Positions 9,058 to 17,996 of a DNA stretch of 64,000 bases are shown here, piece after piece; positions within the stretch are counted from its first letter, which is position 1; every line of letters begins with the position of its first letter. The position numbers were made by a program, and so were the translations under genes. The notes under the pieces are model-generated. The model saw only the letters and a program-made list of their open reading frames with translations, was not told where the DNA came from and did no database searches. This DNA comes from a virus: the IMG/VR virus record IMGVR_UViG_3300048580_000526, positions 1 through 64,000 of that record; one strand, written 5' to 3'.

Positions 9058-9297
9058 ATGCTTTATATGTTGGTTGTGACTTCAGCACTTTGGGGGAATG
9101 GGGTGGTGGATATGGGGGAATATCGTTCCTGCGAAAAAGCCATGTATGCGTTGGGGCAAGAGTTTGATAATCGTGCCAAAATGATTGAACAAAGTGTCGA
9201 GGGGGATCAAGAAAAAATTGATAAGGCTTGGACGTTTAAAATCTCTTGTAAAATCCGTGATAGGAATGCTACGTTTAAAAATTTAAAAGATTTTTAG
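9058..9297 (+). CDS. Hypothetical protein
   Basis: AAGGAG RBS, coupled to the Nudix gene. Confidence 0.65.
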   Translation: MLYMLVVTSALWGNGVVDMGEYRSCEKAMYALGQEFDNRAKMIEQSVEGDQEKIDKAWTFKISCKIRDRNATFKNLKDF

Positions 9298-9563
9298 AAC
9301 GGGGAACCACCGCCGCCACCACCTTCTTCTTCTTTTGGTTTGCCATAAATGACGCTATAAAGTTTTTGACGTTTGATCATTTCAAGCTTCTTTACAGCAC
9401 GAATTTTCTTGAGGCGATTTAATTTTTGCAAAGTAAGTTTTTGTTTGCGTTGTTGATTTTTATGACGAGTATTCAATTCGTCAAACCTTGGGTCATATAA
9501 TCCCTGTGATGTGGCATCTGGGTCTGGCATTGAATTAAATTCTAAAAGTTCTTGTACACGCAT
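9294..9563 (-). CDS. Small basic late protein downstream of portal
   Basis: MRVQELLE N-terminus; RKQKLTLQKLNRLKKIR; late box at 9593-9600. Confidence 0.75.
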   Translation of the reverse strand: MRVQELLEFNSMPDPDATSQGLYDPRFDELNTRHKNQQRKQKLTLQKLNRLKKIRAVKKLEMIKRQKLYSVIYGKPKEEEGGGGGGSPF

Positions 9564-9614
9564 TTTTCAAATTCCTAAATTGTTGGTATATTTATTTATC
9601 TTTTTATCACAATA

Positions 9615-11378
9615 TTAAAGACCACCTGCGTCAGCTGCTGGGGCGGCGCCTGCGTCTGCTGCTGGGGATGCGCCTGCGTCACCACCCATGTCACCACCGC
9701 CCATGTCACCACCCATGTCACCACCCATGTCACCACCCATGTCCATTCCACCACCGAAGTCACCGCCGCCTCCACCGACACCAACAGAACCAAGTCCAGC
9801 TTCTTCTTCACCTGAAGATGCACCATCCTCAACAGCATCTGGATTTTCTTCAGCCCAAAGTTGTTCGTTTTCAATGATTTCGTCTTCTGAAAGATTCAAG
9901 AAGCGTTTCATTATAAATCTCTTGGATAAATATGGAACGTCAGCTAATGATGAAAATACCCCAATTTGAGCACTGTCAAGTTCTATTTGACGATAGCTGG
10001 AAAAATTTTGTGGTTGGTTAAAGGTGACTTGGAATAATTCACTATCAATTTGGACGCCCTTTCGTTCCATAAATCTCTTGAACTCTAAATCTATTGTCTC
10101 TATAAACAATCGTTGGATTCTTTCACATGTCTTACTAAAACGGAATTCTTGTATATAAGCAGTTCCTGTTTTACCATCTGTCATTTGTGTACTCCCATCA
10201 TCTGTTCCCAATGGGATATAGCTTGTAGGGATACCCAAACCACGAATTAATTTTCTGGAAAAATATTGTAAGTCTGCGATTTCATTGATATTTCCACCTT
10301 CACCCAATTGTTCAACACGGGAACCTCTGGAGTTTTCACCAACAGCGAAGAAGTAATCCTCCAACATCCCTAATGGGTTAAAGGCAGCGTCACCAATGTT
10401 CAATCCACCACCAGTGCGATTTGGAATTCTACGTTGGTGGATTTGGTTCTTCACTTTTTCCAAATATGGTTGGGCTTTCATTGGAGGTGTACTACCAACG
10501 TCGATATAAAATACTCGTCTATCTGGGGCACGTTGAACACGGTAAATTATAACTGAATCTTCTAAAAGTTCTTTTTGTTTATAGGTTTTGTAGATGGATT
10601 CAAGAACAGATGTTCCAAATGGCCAACTAATATCTTGCCCAGTTGTCATAGAAAGATGGATAACGTGTTTGGCGTCAATTTCATAAGATGCTTCTGATTG
10701 TTGTTTTGATCCTGGCATACCTGCTTTTGATGGTGATGTTACGTTCTGTGTCCCATAATTTCCAACTGAATGTGGTCCAATTGCGTTGTAGGTTGATTGT
10801 ACAACTGGTTTGGATGCTGTTTTATTTACGAGGTTCAATTCCAAATTCTTCATGATGTACATAAGGGGTTTTTTCCCTTTGGACTCGTCAACCACAATTT
10901 TTAAAACGTTAGCTGGGTCTACCCATTGCCATTCAAAAGTTTCCGGGTCACGAATAAAGAATTGATCTCCATATTTAATAGTATTGCGAACGATAGACCA
11001 AATTCTTGATTGGAATTTATTCACTTTAATCCATGATAACATCGATGCTTTCAGGACTTCAATTTCTGAATCAATGGCGTCTTCAAAGAATTCAAAGTCA
11101 AATGGTAAGGGGTTTTGTTCTTCTGTTTGGGTACAAAAATCTGCAATGATATCAAGGGCGATTTTAATATCTGAATCTTGGTCCATGTTATCATATTGGG
11201 TATAACGTTCAATTCTGTTTGGTTGTCCTGCATACACTTCTGGTAGATATGATGAATATTTTGAATTCGCAGTAGCAGGTGCATCACTGGAATTATAATT
11301 CTGTTGATTGGCTACTTGCAACGCTTGTTCAAGTCGTTGATTGCGTGGTACGTGAACGAAATGTTTTTTCCAAGGCAT
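9615..11378 (-). CDS. Portal protein (T4 gp20-like)
   Basis: LLEDSVIIYRVQRAPDRRVFYIDVG, EDYFF, RGSRVEQL, IQEFRFSK; GGDM repeats in the acidic tail; late box at 11408-11415. Confidence 0.93.
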   Translation of the reverse strand: MPWKKHFVHVPRNQRLEQALQVANQQNYNSSDAPATANSKYSSYLPEVYAGQPNRIERYTQYDNMDQDSDIKIALDIIADFCTQTEEQNPLPFDFEFFEDAIDSEIEVLKASMLSWIKVNKFQSRIWSIVRNTIKYGDQFFIRDPETFEWQWVDPANVLKIVVDESKGKKPLMYIMKNLELNLVNKTASKPVVQSTYNAIGPHSVGNYGTQNVTSPSKAGMPGSKQQSEASYEIDAKHVIHLSMTTGQDISWPFGTSVLESIYKTYKQKELLEDSVIIYRVQRAPDRRVFYIDVGSTPPMKAQPYLEKVKNQIHQRRIPNRTGGGLNIGDAAFNPLGMLEDYFFAVGENSRGSRVEQLGEGGNINEIADLQYFSRKLIRGLGIPTSYIPLGTDDGSTQMTDGKTGTAYIQEFRFSKTCERIQRLFIETIDLEFKRFMERKGVQIDSELFQVTFNQPQNFSSYRQIELDSAQIGVFSSLADVPYLSKRFIMKRFLNLSEDEIIENEQLWAEENPDAVEDGASSGEEEAGLGSVGVGGGGGDFGGGMDMGGDMGGDMGGDMGGGDMGGDAGASPAADAGAAPAADAGGL

Positions 11379-11453
11379 AGATTTTGTTTCCTAATTTGGT
11401 TTTATTTTATTTATCATTATAACATTAATAGTTGCGAAAAATAAAATTAAAAA

Positions 11454-14339
11454 TTATACTATATTATAAGCACCTTCATTACGTGATCTATTAGTTGCGT
11501 CAATAAGCCTTTTGTTGTCTTGTGCATCTTTTGCTAATTTAGCTTTAGCTATTTCATTGGCTTCTTCTTGTGCTAATAATATTCTTTCTTGGATTTTATT
11601 ACCATCAACAGTATCAGGAGCAATCCAATCACCTGGTTTTGAATTTGCTGTCAATGATGAATTGGCTGTGTCACCAGCACCATATAAATCAGGGGTCTTC
11701 CCTTCACTTGGGTTTCCATATGGACGACCTGCACCTGCTGAAACATCACCTGGACCTCCACCACCTTCACCTGTGTCTGACATTCCACTATCGTCAGAGC
11801 CACCACCTTCATCTGATTTACTTTTCCCACCCATCCAAGATGGAAGTTTACTTTGTATATATTCAATTGCACCATCCCACATATCTGTGAAAAATTTTCC
11901 AATAGCTTTAAAGCCATCTATGATTTTTCCAGCCAACCATTTATCAAATTCATATAATTTTTTAAACGGCCATAAAACAGCATCAAGAACCCAGCCACCA
12001 ACAGCCAACAATCCTTTTCCCATACCTTTAAAAGCATCATCTAATAATCCAGCTAAATTAAAATCTTCCCACCAAGCTGCTATATCATCCCAATTTTCAA
12101 AAATAGCCATAATAGCACCAAGTGCAGCACCTATACCAGCACCCCAAGGTCCAAATGCAGCACCCATGGCTGCATATTCACCAACAGTACCCAATCCCTT
12201 TGTAACTTTTTGCGCTGTTGAACCTTCTTCCATATGACTTGCTGCCATATTTAATCCAACAGCAGCTATACCTGCAGCCATACCAACATTAGCTTTTAAA
12301 GCACCACCGACAGATTTAACTGCACCTGTTGCCATATCTTTCATTGCTTTAGGGTCTTTAACTGTTTCGATTGCCGCTTTAGCTGTTTCTTTTGCCTTTT
12401 CTTTTATTGATTTTTTAACATCATCTACAGGTGGTTTTTTATCAGGTACATACCCAGAAGGGTCTCTTGTAATACTCCCTTCACCAGCCCCACCCATCGC
12501 TCCTTGTACCATTATAACATACATTGGATTTGTTTTTGTTCCCATAAGACCTTCACCAGCAATACCCAATGCACCTTTAGCAGCATCCATTGCCCCACCC
12601 AATCCCCCTTTAGCTTTCCCAACCATACCACCCATGGGTGACTTTTCTATGGATTCTTGAATTTTTTTCATCAAACCAGGTGTGATTTTTTCAACCATAT
12701 TACCAAACACCATTCTAATTCTATCTTTAAGAAACCAAAGAGCACCTATCATACCAAGTTGTATTGCACCAAAAACATCTTCACCCAACCAGTCATTTAA
12801 ATAATCAATCATATTACTAAATTTTTCTGTCAATGATTTGAGCATATCAATTAATGGATTTAATACACTCCCCAATTGCAATACTATTTTACCAATAAGA
12901 TTAAATGCAGGACTCAATATTGTCCCCACAACATTAATCACCCCACTAAAAATAGCCATTAATTTTTGTCCTATACCTTCAATATTTTGCATCAAAATAC
13001 TAAAGGATTTTAATTTACTATTTTCTGCTTCTTCTGCTCGTTGGGCTGCAGATTGTAACGCTTCTGATTGTCTGGCAAGATTTAATAATTTTTTCGCCCC
13101 TTCATCCCCAGCACGAGACATTGCTTCTAATTGTGGAATGGAACTTTTATCTATTCCCTTTGCCATATTAGCCAAAGCCCTGGTGGATTGAGCAGCAGTC
13201 ATTGTACCATCACCCATCTTTTTAGTCAAATCAGCAAACCCCGGAGCGAATCCTTCCATAACAGCTGATGTTCCAGACCTAATACTACTACCAAATGCCT
13301 TTTGGTCTCTAATCATTTCAGCCATTAAATCACCAACAGGTTGACTAACAGCACCAATACCAGCCAAACTCAACCCCAAATTATCTTTGGCTTTACCAAA
13401 CATATCCTTTGTTAAAAGCGCCATCGTGTCGTCTTTAAATATATTTTTGAATGCAGCTATAATATCTTTTCTGGCTACACCTGTGGCTTTTGATACACTA
13501 TCAACATCTTTCACAAATGATTGGAAATTTTGAGATACTTTTGCTTGGTTATCTTTGTCGCGCATTTGATTATAAGTCATACGAGCAGTTTCAGTTTCCA
13601 TATAATCACCCAATGCTTTGGTGGTCATTTCTGTAGTCATACCAAGATTTCCAACACCCTCAAGAGCACGCCTTGTATTAACAGTCACAGCACCCAAACC
13701 TTCCATACCAAATCTTCTAACTTCAGCACTTGTCCCACTAATAAAATTTGTAAAATTATCAAGCGACATACCAGCAGCAGAAGCATTCATTCTCATTGTC
13801 ATCATTGAATCATCCAATGATGCACCTGTTTCTTTCATTGCACTAAAATGTTTTGTGGTATCATCTAAAGCTAAAGCTAATGCCCCTAAAGCACCACCTG
13901 CCATACCTGTCATACCCAATAATGTTTTAAATCCACCTTGACCACTACCTAATTGTGATGCAGCATCACCCAATACAGTATAATTATGTCCCAACAGTGA
14001 TGATTTAGAAGTCAATTTTCCTTCAGCATCAAAACGTTTATTAAGCATCCCTGCAAATAAATTTTCTTGCTTCATATTCTTCTGTAATGCAGCAGTTGCT
14101 TCCTCAACTGTTTCTGCTTCATGTAATGAAGCATTAATTTTTCTTTTAGTAGCAGCCATTTCTGCTTCAAGCATATCAATATTTCTTTTAGATAACTGCG
14201 CTGCTTTACCACCCTGCGCTGCTTTAGCTTTAATATCATCAATTACAGCTTTATTAGCATCTCTATATGCTTTATTCATACCTGCAAGGGTTTTTTCTAA
14301 TTCGTCAATACGTTTCTGTAATTCGTCATCAGTTGCCAT
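11454..14339 (-). CDS. Tail tape-measure-like protein
   Basis: Long Ala/Gly/Lys-rich helical protein with hydrophobic segments and W/F-spaced C-terminal repeats; adjacent to the tail chaperone genes. Confidence 0.7.
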   Translation of the reverse strand: MATDDELQKRIDELEKTLAGMNKAYRDANKAVIDDIKAKAAQGGKAAQLSKRNIDMLEAEMAATKRKINASLHEAETVEEATAALQKNMKQENLFAGMLNKRFDAEGKLTSKSSLLGHNYTVLGDAASQLGSGQGGFKTLLGMTGMAGGALGALALALDDTTKHFSAMKETGASLDDSMMTMRMNASAAGMSLDNFTNFISGTSAEVRRFGMEGLGAVTVNTRRALEGVGNLGMTTEMTTKALGDYMETETARMTYNQMRDKDNQAKVSQNFQSFVKDVDSVSKATGVARKDIIAAFKNIFKDDTMALLTKDMFGKAKDNLGLSLAGIGAVSQPVGDLMAEMIRDQKAFGSSIRSGTSAVMEGFAPGFADLTKKMGDGTMTAAQSTRALANMAKGIDKSSIPQLEAMSRAGDEGAKKLLNLARQSEALQSAAQRAEEAENSKLKSFSILMQNIEGIGQKLMAIFSGVINVVGTILSPAFNLIGKIVLQLGSVLNPLIDMLKSLTEKFSNMIDYLNDWLGEDVFGAIQLGMIGALWFLKDRIRMVFGNMVEKITPGLMKKIQESIEKSPMGGMVGKAKGGLGGAMDAAKGALGIAGEGLMGTKTNPMYVIMVQGAMGGAGEGSITRDPSGYVPDKKPPVDDVKKSIKEKAKETAKAAIETVKDPKAMKDMATGAVKSVGGALKANVGMAAGIAAVGLNMAASHMEEGSTAQKVTKGLGTVGEYAAMGAAFGPWGAGIGAALGAIMAIFENWDDIAAWWEDFNLAGLLDDAFKGMGKGLLAVGGWVLDAVLWPFKKLYEFDKWLAGKIIDGFKAIGKFFTDMWDGAIEYIQSKLPSWMGGKSKSDEGGGSDDSGMSDTGEGGGGPGDVSAGAGRPYGNPSEGKTPDLYGAGDTANSSLTANSKPGDWIAPDTVDGNKIQERILLAQEEANEIAKAKLAKDAQDNKRLIDATNRSRNEGAYNIV

Positions 14340-14379
14340 AACCAAAATTCCCCATTTAATTAAAAATATTTCTTTATTG

Positions 14380-14424
14380 TATTTATAAAATAATTAACTA
14401 TATAGTTAATAATGGTTATAAATA
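14380..14424. promoter_or_regulatory. Divergent late promoters flanking an 18-bp palindrome
   Basis: TATAAATA(-) 14380-14387, ATTAACTATATAGTTAAT 14393-14410, TATAAATA(+) 14417-14424. Confidence 0.8.
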
Positions 14425-14461
14425 TCCCTATAATAGAAAAATGACCAGGAGGTTACCAAAA

Positions 14462-15550
14462 ATGGCTAAAATAAATTTTCCGTTAAATGATGATGCACCA
14501 CATGTTATGCAAAAATTTAATGTAGCAGATGAAGCGTTTGCAAAATATAATCCAAAACAACGTCAGTTGTTAGTGGAAGATGAAGAAGATGTTCCAATGG
14601 ATGTTATCCCAGATGATGTTCTTCCAAGACGCCCTGTTAGACAACAGGCTTATGATGATTTACCAAATTTTGCCCCAGCTTATCAAAACACTGTAGAGGT
14701 GAAATTCGATAGAACCATTGAACGCAATCAAAACCCATTGGCGAAGTATTTTAGAAAACCCGGGACTTTCGTGAACCTTCCAACCAAGGGGCAATTCTAT
14801 AATGACCGCACAATCAAAATGACGAATATGGGGCAAGTTGCAGTTCAACCAATGGCTGCAGCCGACGAATTGTTACTACAAAATCCTGATGCACTTTTTA
14901 ATGGGGAGGCGATAAAAGGGTTAATGAAAAGTTGCATCCCAGATTTATATGATGTTGATGCACTTTTGACACCAGATGTTGATACGTTGCTTTTGGCTAT
15001 TAGAGTGGCTACTTATGGAAATGAAATGGAATTGGATATTAGCTGCCCAAATTGTGAAGCAGAAAACCAGTTTGCTATTAATATCAAAGAAGTGTTAGGG
15101 GAAATTACGTTTTTGGATTCTGAATACACCTTTACTTCATTGAATGGATTGACTTTTCATTTGAAACCTTATAGCTACAAAACAACCATCACAGCGTCTT
15201 TGGCTGCTTATGAAGAAATGAAATTCCTCCAAGCGTTCAAGGATGCACCAGAGGATGTTCAAAAGTTAAAATCCAAAGAAGCGATGGGAAGAGTGTCCAA
15301 CTTGGCAATTGATTTATTACCTGATGCTATTATTAAAGTCACTACACCTGATGGTGATGAGATTTCGGACCATGATTTTATTAAAGAATTTATTCAAAAT
15401 AGTGACAAGGTAACGACAAAATCAATCCAAGATATTGTTCAACAATTGAATAACACTGGTATTAATAGAAAAGTTCAAGTGGATTGTGTTAATTGCGACC
15501 ATCATTGGGAGACAGAAATTTCTTTTGATCCAAGCCATTTTTTCGGATAA
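14462..15550 (+). CDS. Baseplate hub/tail assembly chaperone (T4 gp26-like)
   Basis: NPLAKYFRKP..LPTKGQFY, LLAIRVATYG, CPNC and CVNC zinc pairs; start after AGGAGG. Confidence 0.8.
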   Translation: MAKINFPLNDDAPHVMQKFNVADEAFAKYNPKQRQLLVEDEEDVPMDVIPDDVLPRRPVRQQAYDDLPNFAPAYQNTVEVKFDRTIERNQNPLAKYFRKPGTFVNLPTKGQFYNDRTIKMTNMGQVAVQPMAAADELLLQNPDALFNGEAIKGLMKSCIPDLYDVDALLTPDVDTLLLAIRVATYGNEMELDISCPNCEAENQFAINIKEVLGEITFLDSEYTFTSLNGLTFHLKPYSYKTTITASLAAYEEMKFLQAFKDAPEDVQKLKSKEAMGRVSNLAIDLLPDAIIKVTTPDGDEISDHDFIKEFIQNSDKVTTKSIQDIVQQLNNTGINRKVQVDCVNCDHHWETEISFDPSHFFG

Positions 15551-15555
15551 GGCTC

Positions 15556-15777
15556 TTGGCTGCTGAAACCCCAGAAGAAATGCAAGATATAATAAATGGG
15601 TATGAACGCAGAGCAGGAGCCTTATTGGAACAAATAGATCAAATAGGCTGGTATATGAGAGGTGGTATAACGAGAAATGAAGCTTGGTCTTTGAGTTTAA
15701 GTGAAAGAGAAAGTATATTTAAATTGATAAATGAGAACATAAAAAGAACAAAAGAGTCAAAAATGCCTCTATTGTAA
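15556..15777 (+). CDS. gp51-like chaperone segment, probably expressed as a -1 frameshift extension of the upstream gene
   Basis: WYMRGGI..EAW motif; no good RBS at the TTG; open in the -1 frame from slippery T TTT TTC at 15538-15544. Confidence 0.7.
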   Translation: MAAETPEEMQDIINGYERRAGALLEQIDQIGWYMRGGITRNEAWSLSLSERESIFKLINENIKRTKESKMPLL

Positions 15778-15844
15778 TTTTAAATATTGACAACTATTTG
15801 ATATCTATAATATTATAAACAATTACACTATTGAGGTATTTTAT

Positions 15845-16492
15845 ATGATTAATATTTACACTGATGGAAGTTGTTATGCGAGAACCATGGGAACCAATAA
15901 TAAAGGTGACGGTGGTTGGTGTGCTTTATTTGAAATTGAAGGAAACATTGAAATCATTTCTGGTTTCGAAACTAATACTACAAATAATCGTATGGAAATG
16001 ATAGCAGCCATAAAAGCCATCGAAGCACTACCACTTGGGTCAAATGTAAAAATTTATTCTGATTCCCAAATTTTAATTAATGGTATGACTGGTAATTCAA
16101 AAAGAATGAAAGTTTGGAAGGATGTTTGTGAAGCAAGAAAAAAATCCCCAAAATATGACATGGATTGTTTAAAAGAAAAAATAACCATTTTAGAAAATTC
16201 TTTCAAAAAGTCATTTAAAAAAGCTGGTCCTGAAAAGAAAATAAATTTAGAAAAGAAATTTATTTTTCAAAAGGAACAACTCGTCAATGAATTTGAATCT
16301 AAATCAGGAAACTTTAGTAAGTTAGCAGAACTTGCCAATTGGGATTTGTGGCAAAAATTAGAAAAAATAGCACATTATCATGACATTGATTGGGTTTGGA
16401 TTAAAGGACATAATGGAAATAAATACAATGAGGTCGCAGATCATTTCGCCAGTTATGCAGCCACCAATCAAAAAATCCTTGAATTAGAATAA
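15845..16492 (+). CDS. rnhA: Ribonuclease HI with a long Lys-rich insertion
   Basis: IYTDGS, TTNNRMEM, IYSDSQ, NWDLW, WIKGHNG..NEVADHFA. Confidence 0.92.
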   Translation: MINIYTDGSCYARTMGTNNKGDGGWCALFEIEGNIEIISGFETNTTNNRMEMIAAIKAIEALPLGSNVKIYSDSQILINGMTGNSKRMKVWKDVCEARKKSPKYDMDCLKEKITILENSFKKSFKKAGPEKKINLEKKFIFQKEQLVNEFESKSGNFSKLAELANWDLWQKLEKIAHYHDIDWVWIKGHNGNKYNEVADHFASYAATNQKILELE

Positions 16493-16512
16493 AGCCCTTT
16501 AGGGGCTTTTTT
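16491..16512 (+). terminator. Rho-independent terminator
   Basis: AAAGCCCTT-t-AGGGGCTTTTTT. Confidence 0.85.
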
Positions 16513-16553
16513 AATATCCCGAAAATTTTTTAGTTCACTTTAAAGTCAAGACA

Positions 16554-16750
16554 CTCTCTGAAATTTTTATTGAAACAATGGTAGCATTATGTCTGATGTT
16601 TTTATCAGAGATATCTCTCTGAAATTTTTATGAGTATTCTTTTTAATATTTTTTAGAGAGATCTATTCATTAATGTTCTTTTTATTTTTACGGGGAGATA
16701 GTTTTATTTAATTTTCAGCGCGATTATGTTTTTATTTTTACGGGGAGATA
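16554..16750. repeat. Direct repeats in T-rich non-coding DNA
   Basis: CTCTCTGAAATTTTTAT at 16554 and 16615; TTTTTATTTTTACGGGGAGATA at 16679 and 16729. Confidence 0.9.
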
Positions 16751-16934
16751 TAATTTTAAAGTACTCAATTCTGTTTCCCATTATATTGTTTTAATTATAA
16801 GAAGAAGAGTTGTTATTGAAAGGGAGATCACACACTCTACCCTAAGAAAAACATATCGAAAAAAAGTACACAAAATTATCTCTATGTTTTTCCTAAAGTA
16901 AAGTAAATTTTTTGTGTGAAGTATTGACTTTTCA

Positions 16935-17772
16935 ACCACTCAAATATCCTAACCAAATTGTTAGATGACGAATTCTTTTATGAATTTCTAACTGGAAGGC
17001 GGGCTACTAATCCTTCCAAGATTCGGTTTCTACCTTCCCTTTACAACGAAGTATTTTACGGGAATAGCCGGTGTCCACGCTTGGCTCGTGATATTATAAC
17101 CAAGATAAATCGGATTTTAAAAAATGCGATTATGCTCCTACGACCTGAGATATTTGACGAAGTGTTTTTTGTTTTAGAATTTAGTAAAGACTAAATCTAA
17201 AATATAGCTTCTATTAAACGCTGACGTTTAATTAACATTCTTCTGGAAAAAATTACTACTCACATGATATTCATTTTAACTGTTTTGTAGGTTTAGATAA
17301 TCACAATAATTTTATTTTATTATTTTTTCATTATTGACTACAAACTAAATGCGAAGCCAAATAATCATCCCATACGGACGGAACTATTAATTCCTTACAT
17401 GGAGATCACATGGATTGCAGGTTGTCAGTGCTGGGACATTGCCTGCTCATTCTTACAATAACCATCAGTTATTGGTCCCCTTTTACACATTTAAGTGATG
17501 GCGGTTTCGGAATATAATTACAATTAAAGTCAATAATTACATTAGATATCCTTGCTAACAGCTACCCTTTAATAGCTTGATAATATCCACCCGTTCTTTC
17601 CAAACGATGTCAATAGCCACACCTCAACATTACGGTCCTGTATTCCGTTAATTGTTTAAATACCAATGCTATTGTGAGTTTTACGCCTGGTGGCAAAAAT
17701 GAGTAGTTAGAATATAGTTAGTGAGCCAATATTCATTTACTATAGATTGACGTCATCTCTGATGTCTATATT
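16935..17772 (-). ncRNA. Candidate large structured non-coding RNA (~830 nt), family unassigned; strand tentative
   Basis: No credible ORF; GC-richer than flanks; many hairpins plus long-range pairings (16940-16948/17149-17157, 17255-17262/17700-17707, 17611-17617/17668-17674). Confidence 0.6.
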
Positions 17773-17897
17773 AATTTATCTGTAAATTTGAATTTTTGAC
17801 AAAAAATTTTAACAATTTTAAAAAATAAATACTAAATATTTTAAACAATTGAATTACAAGGAAAAAATTTTATTATGTGGGGGTTTTTCAAAAAAAA

Positions 17898-17981
17898 GAT
17901 AAATAGATGTGGTAATCAAATGAATATCAATCATTTGAAACTGGACACTGGAGTATCAGCTGTCCCACAACAATATTTATA
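17898..17981. promoter_or_regulatory. Structured leader bounded by convergent late boxes
   Basis: GATAAATA(+) 17898-17905; hairpins TCAAATGA/TCATTTGA and GGACA/TGTCC; TATAAATA(-) 17974-17981. Confidence 0.6.
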
Positions 17982-17996
17982 CTGGGGTAACCGAAA

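Noticed and set aside
5455-13941. Antisense/alternate-frame ORFs (e.g. 5455..5868, 9688..9969, 11512..12237)
   Set aside because: Shadows of Gly/Pro-repeat coding strands without RBS; the same applies to the short ORFs nested in the baseplate genes.
16554-16750. CRISPR mini-array
   Set aside because: Two different repeats of only two copies each, 17-22 bp, non-palindromic, with low-complexity spacers and no cas genes.
16958-17194. 78-aa ORF in the non-coding block
   Set aside because: TTG start, no RBS, no recognisable motif, and it overlaps dense RNA helices.
17351-17357. GCGAAGC stable DNA mini-hairpin as an origin signal
   Set aside because: A single 7-mer; plausible by chance in 64 kb.
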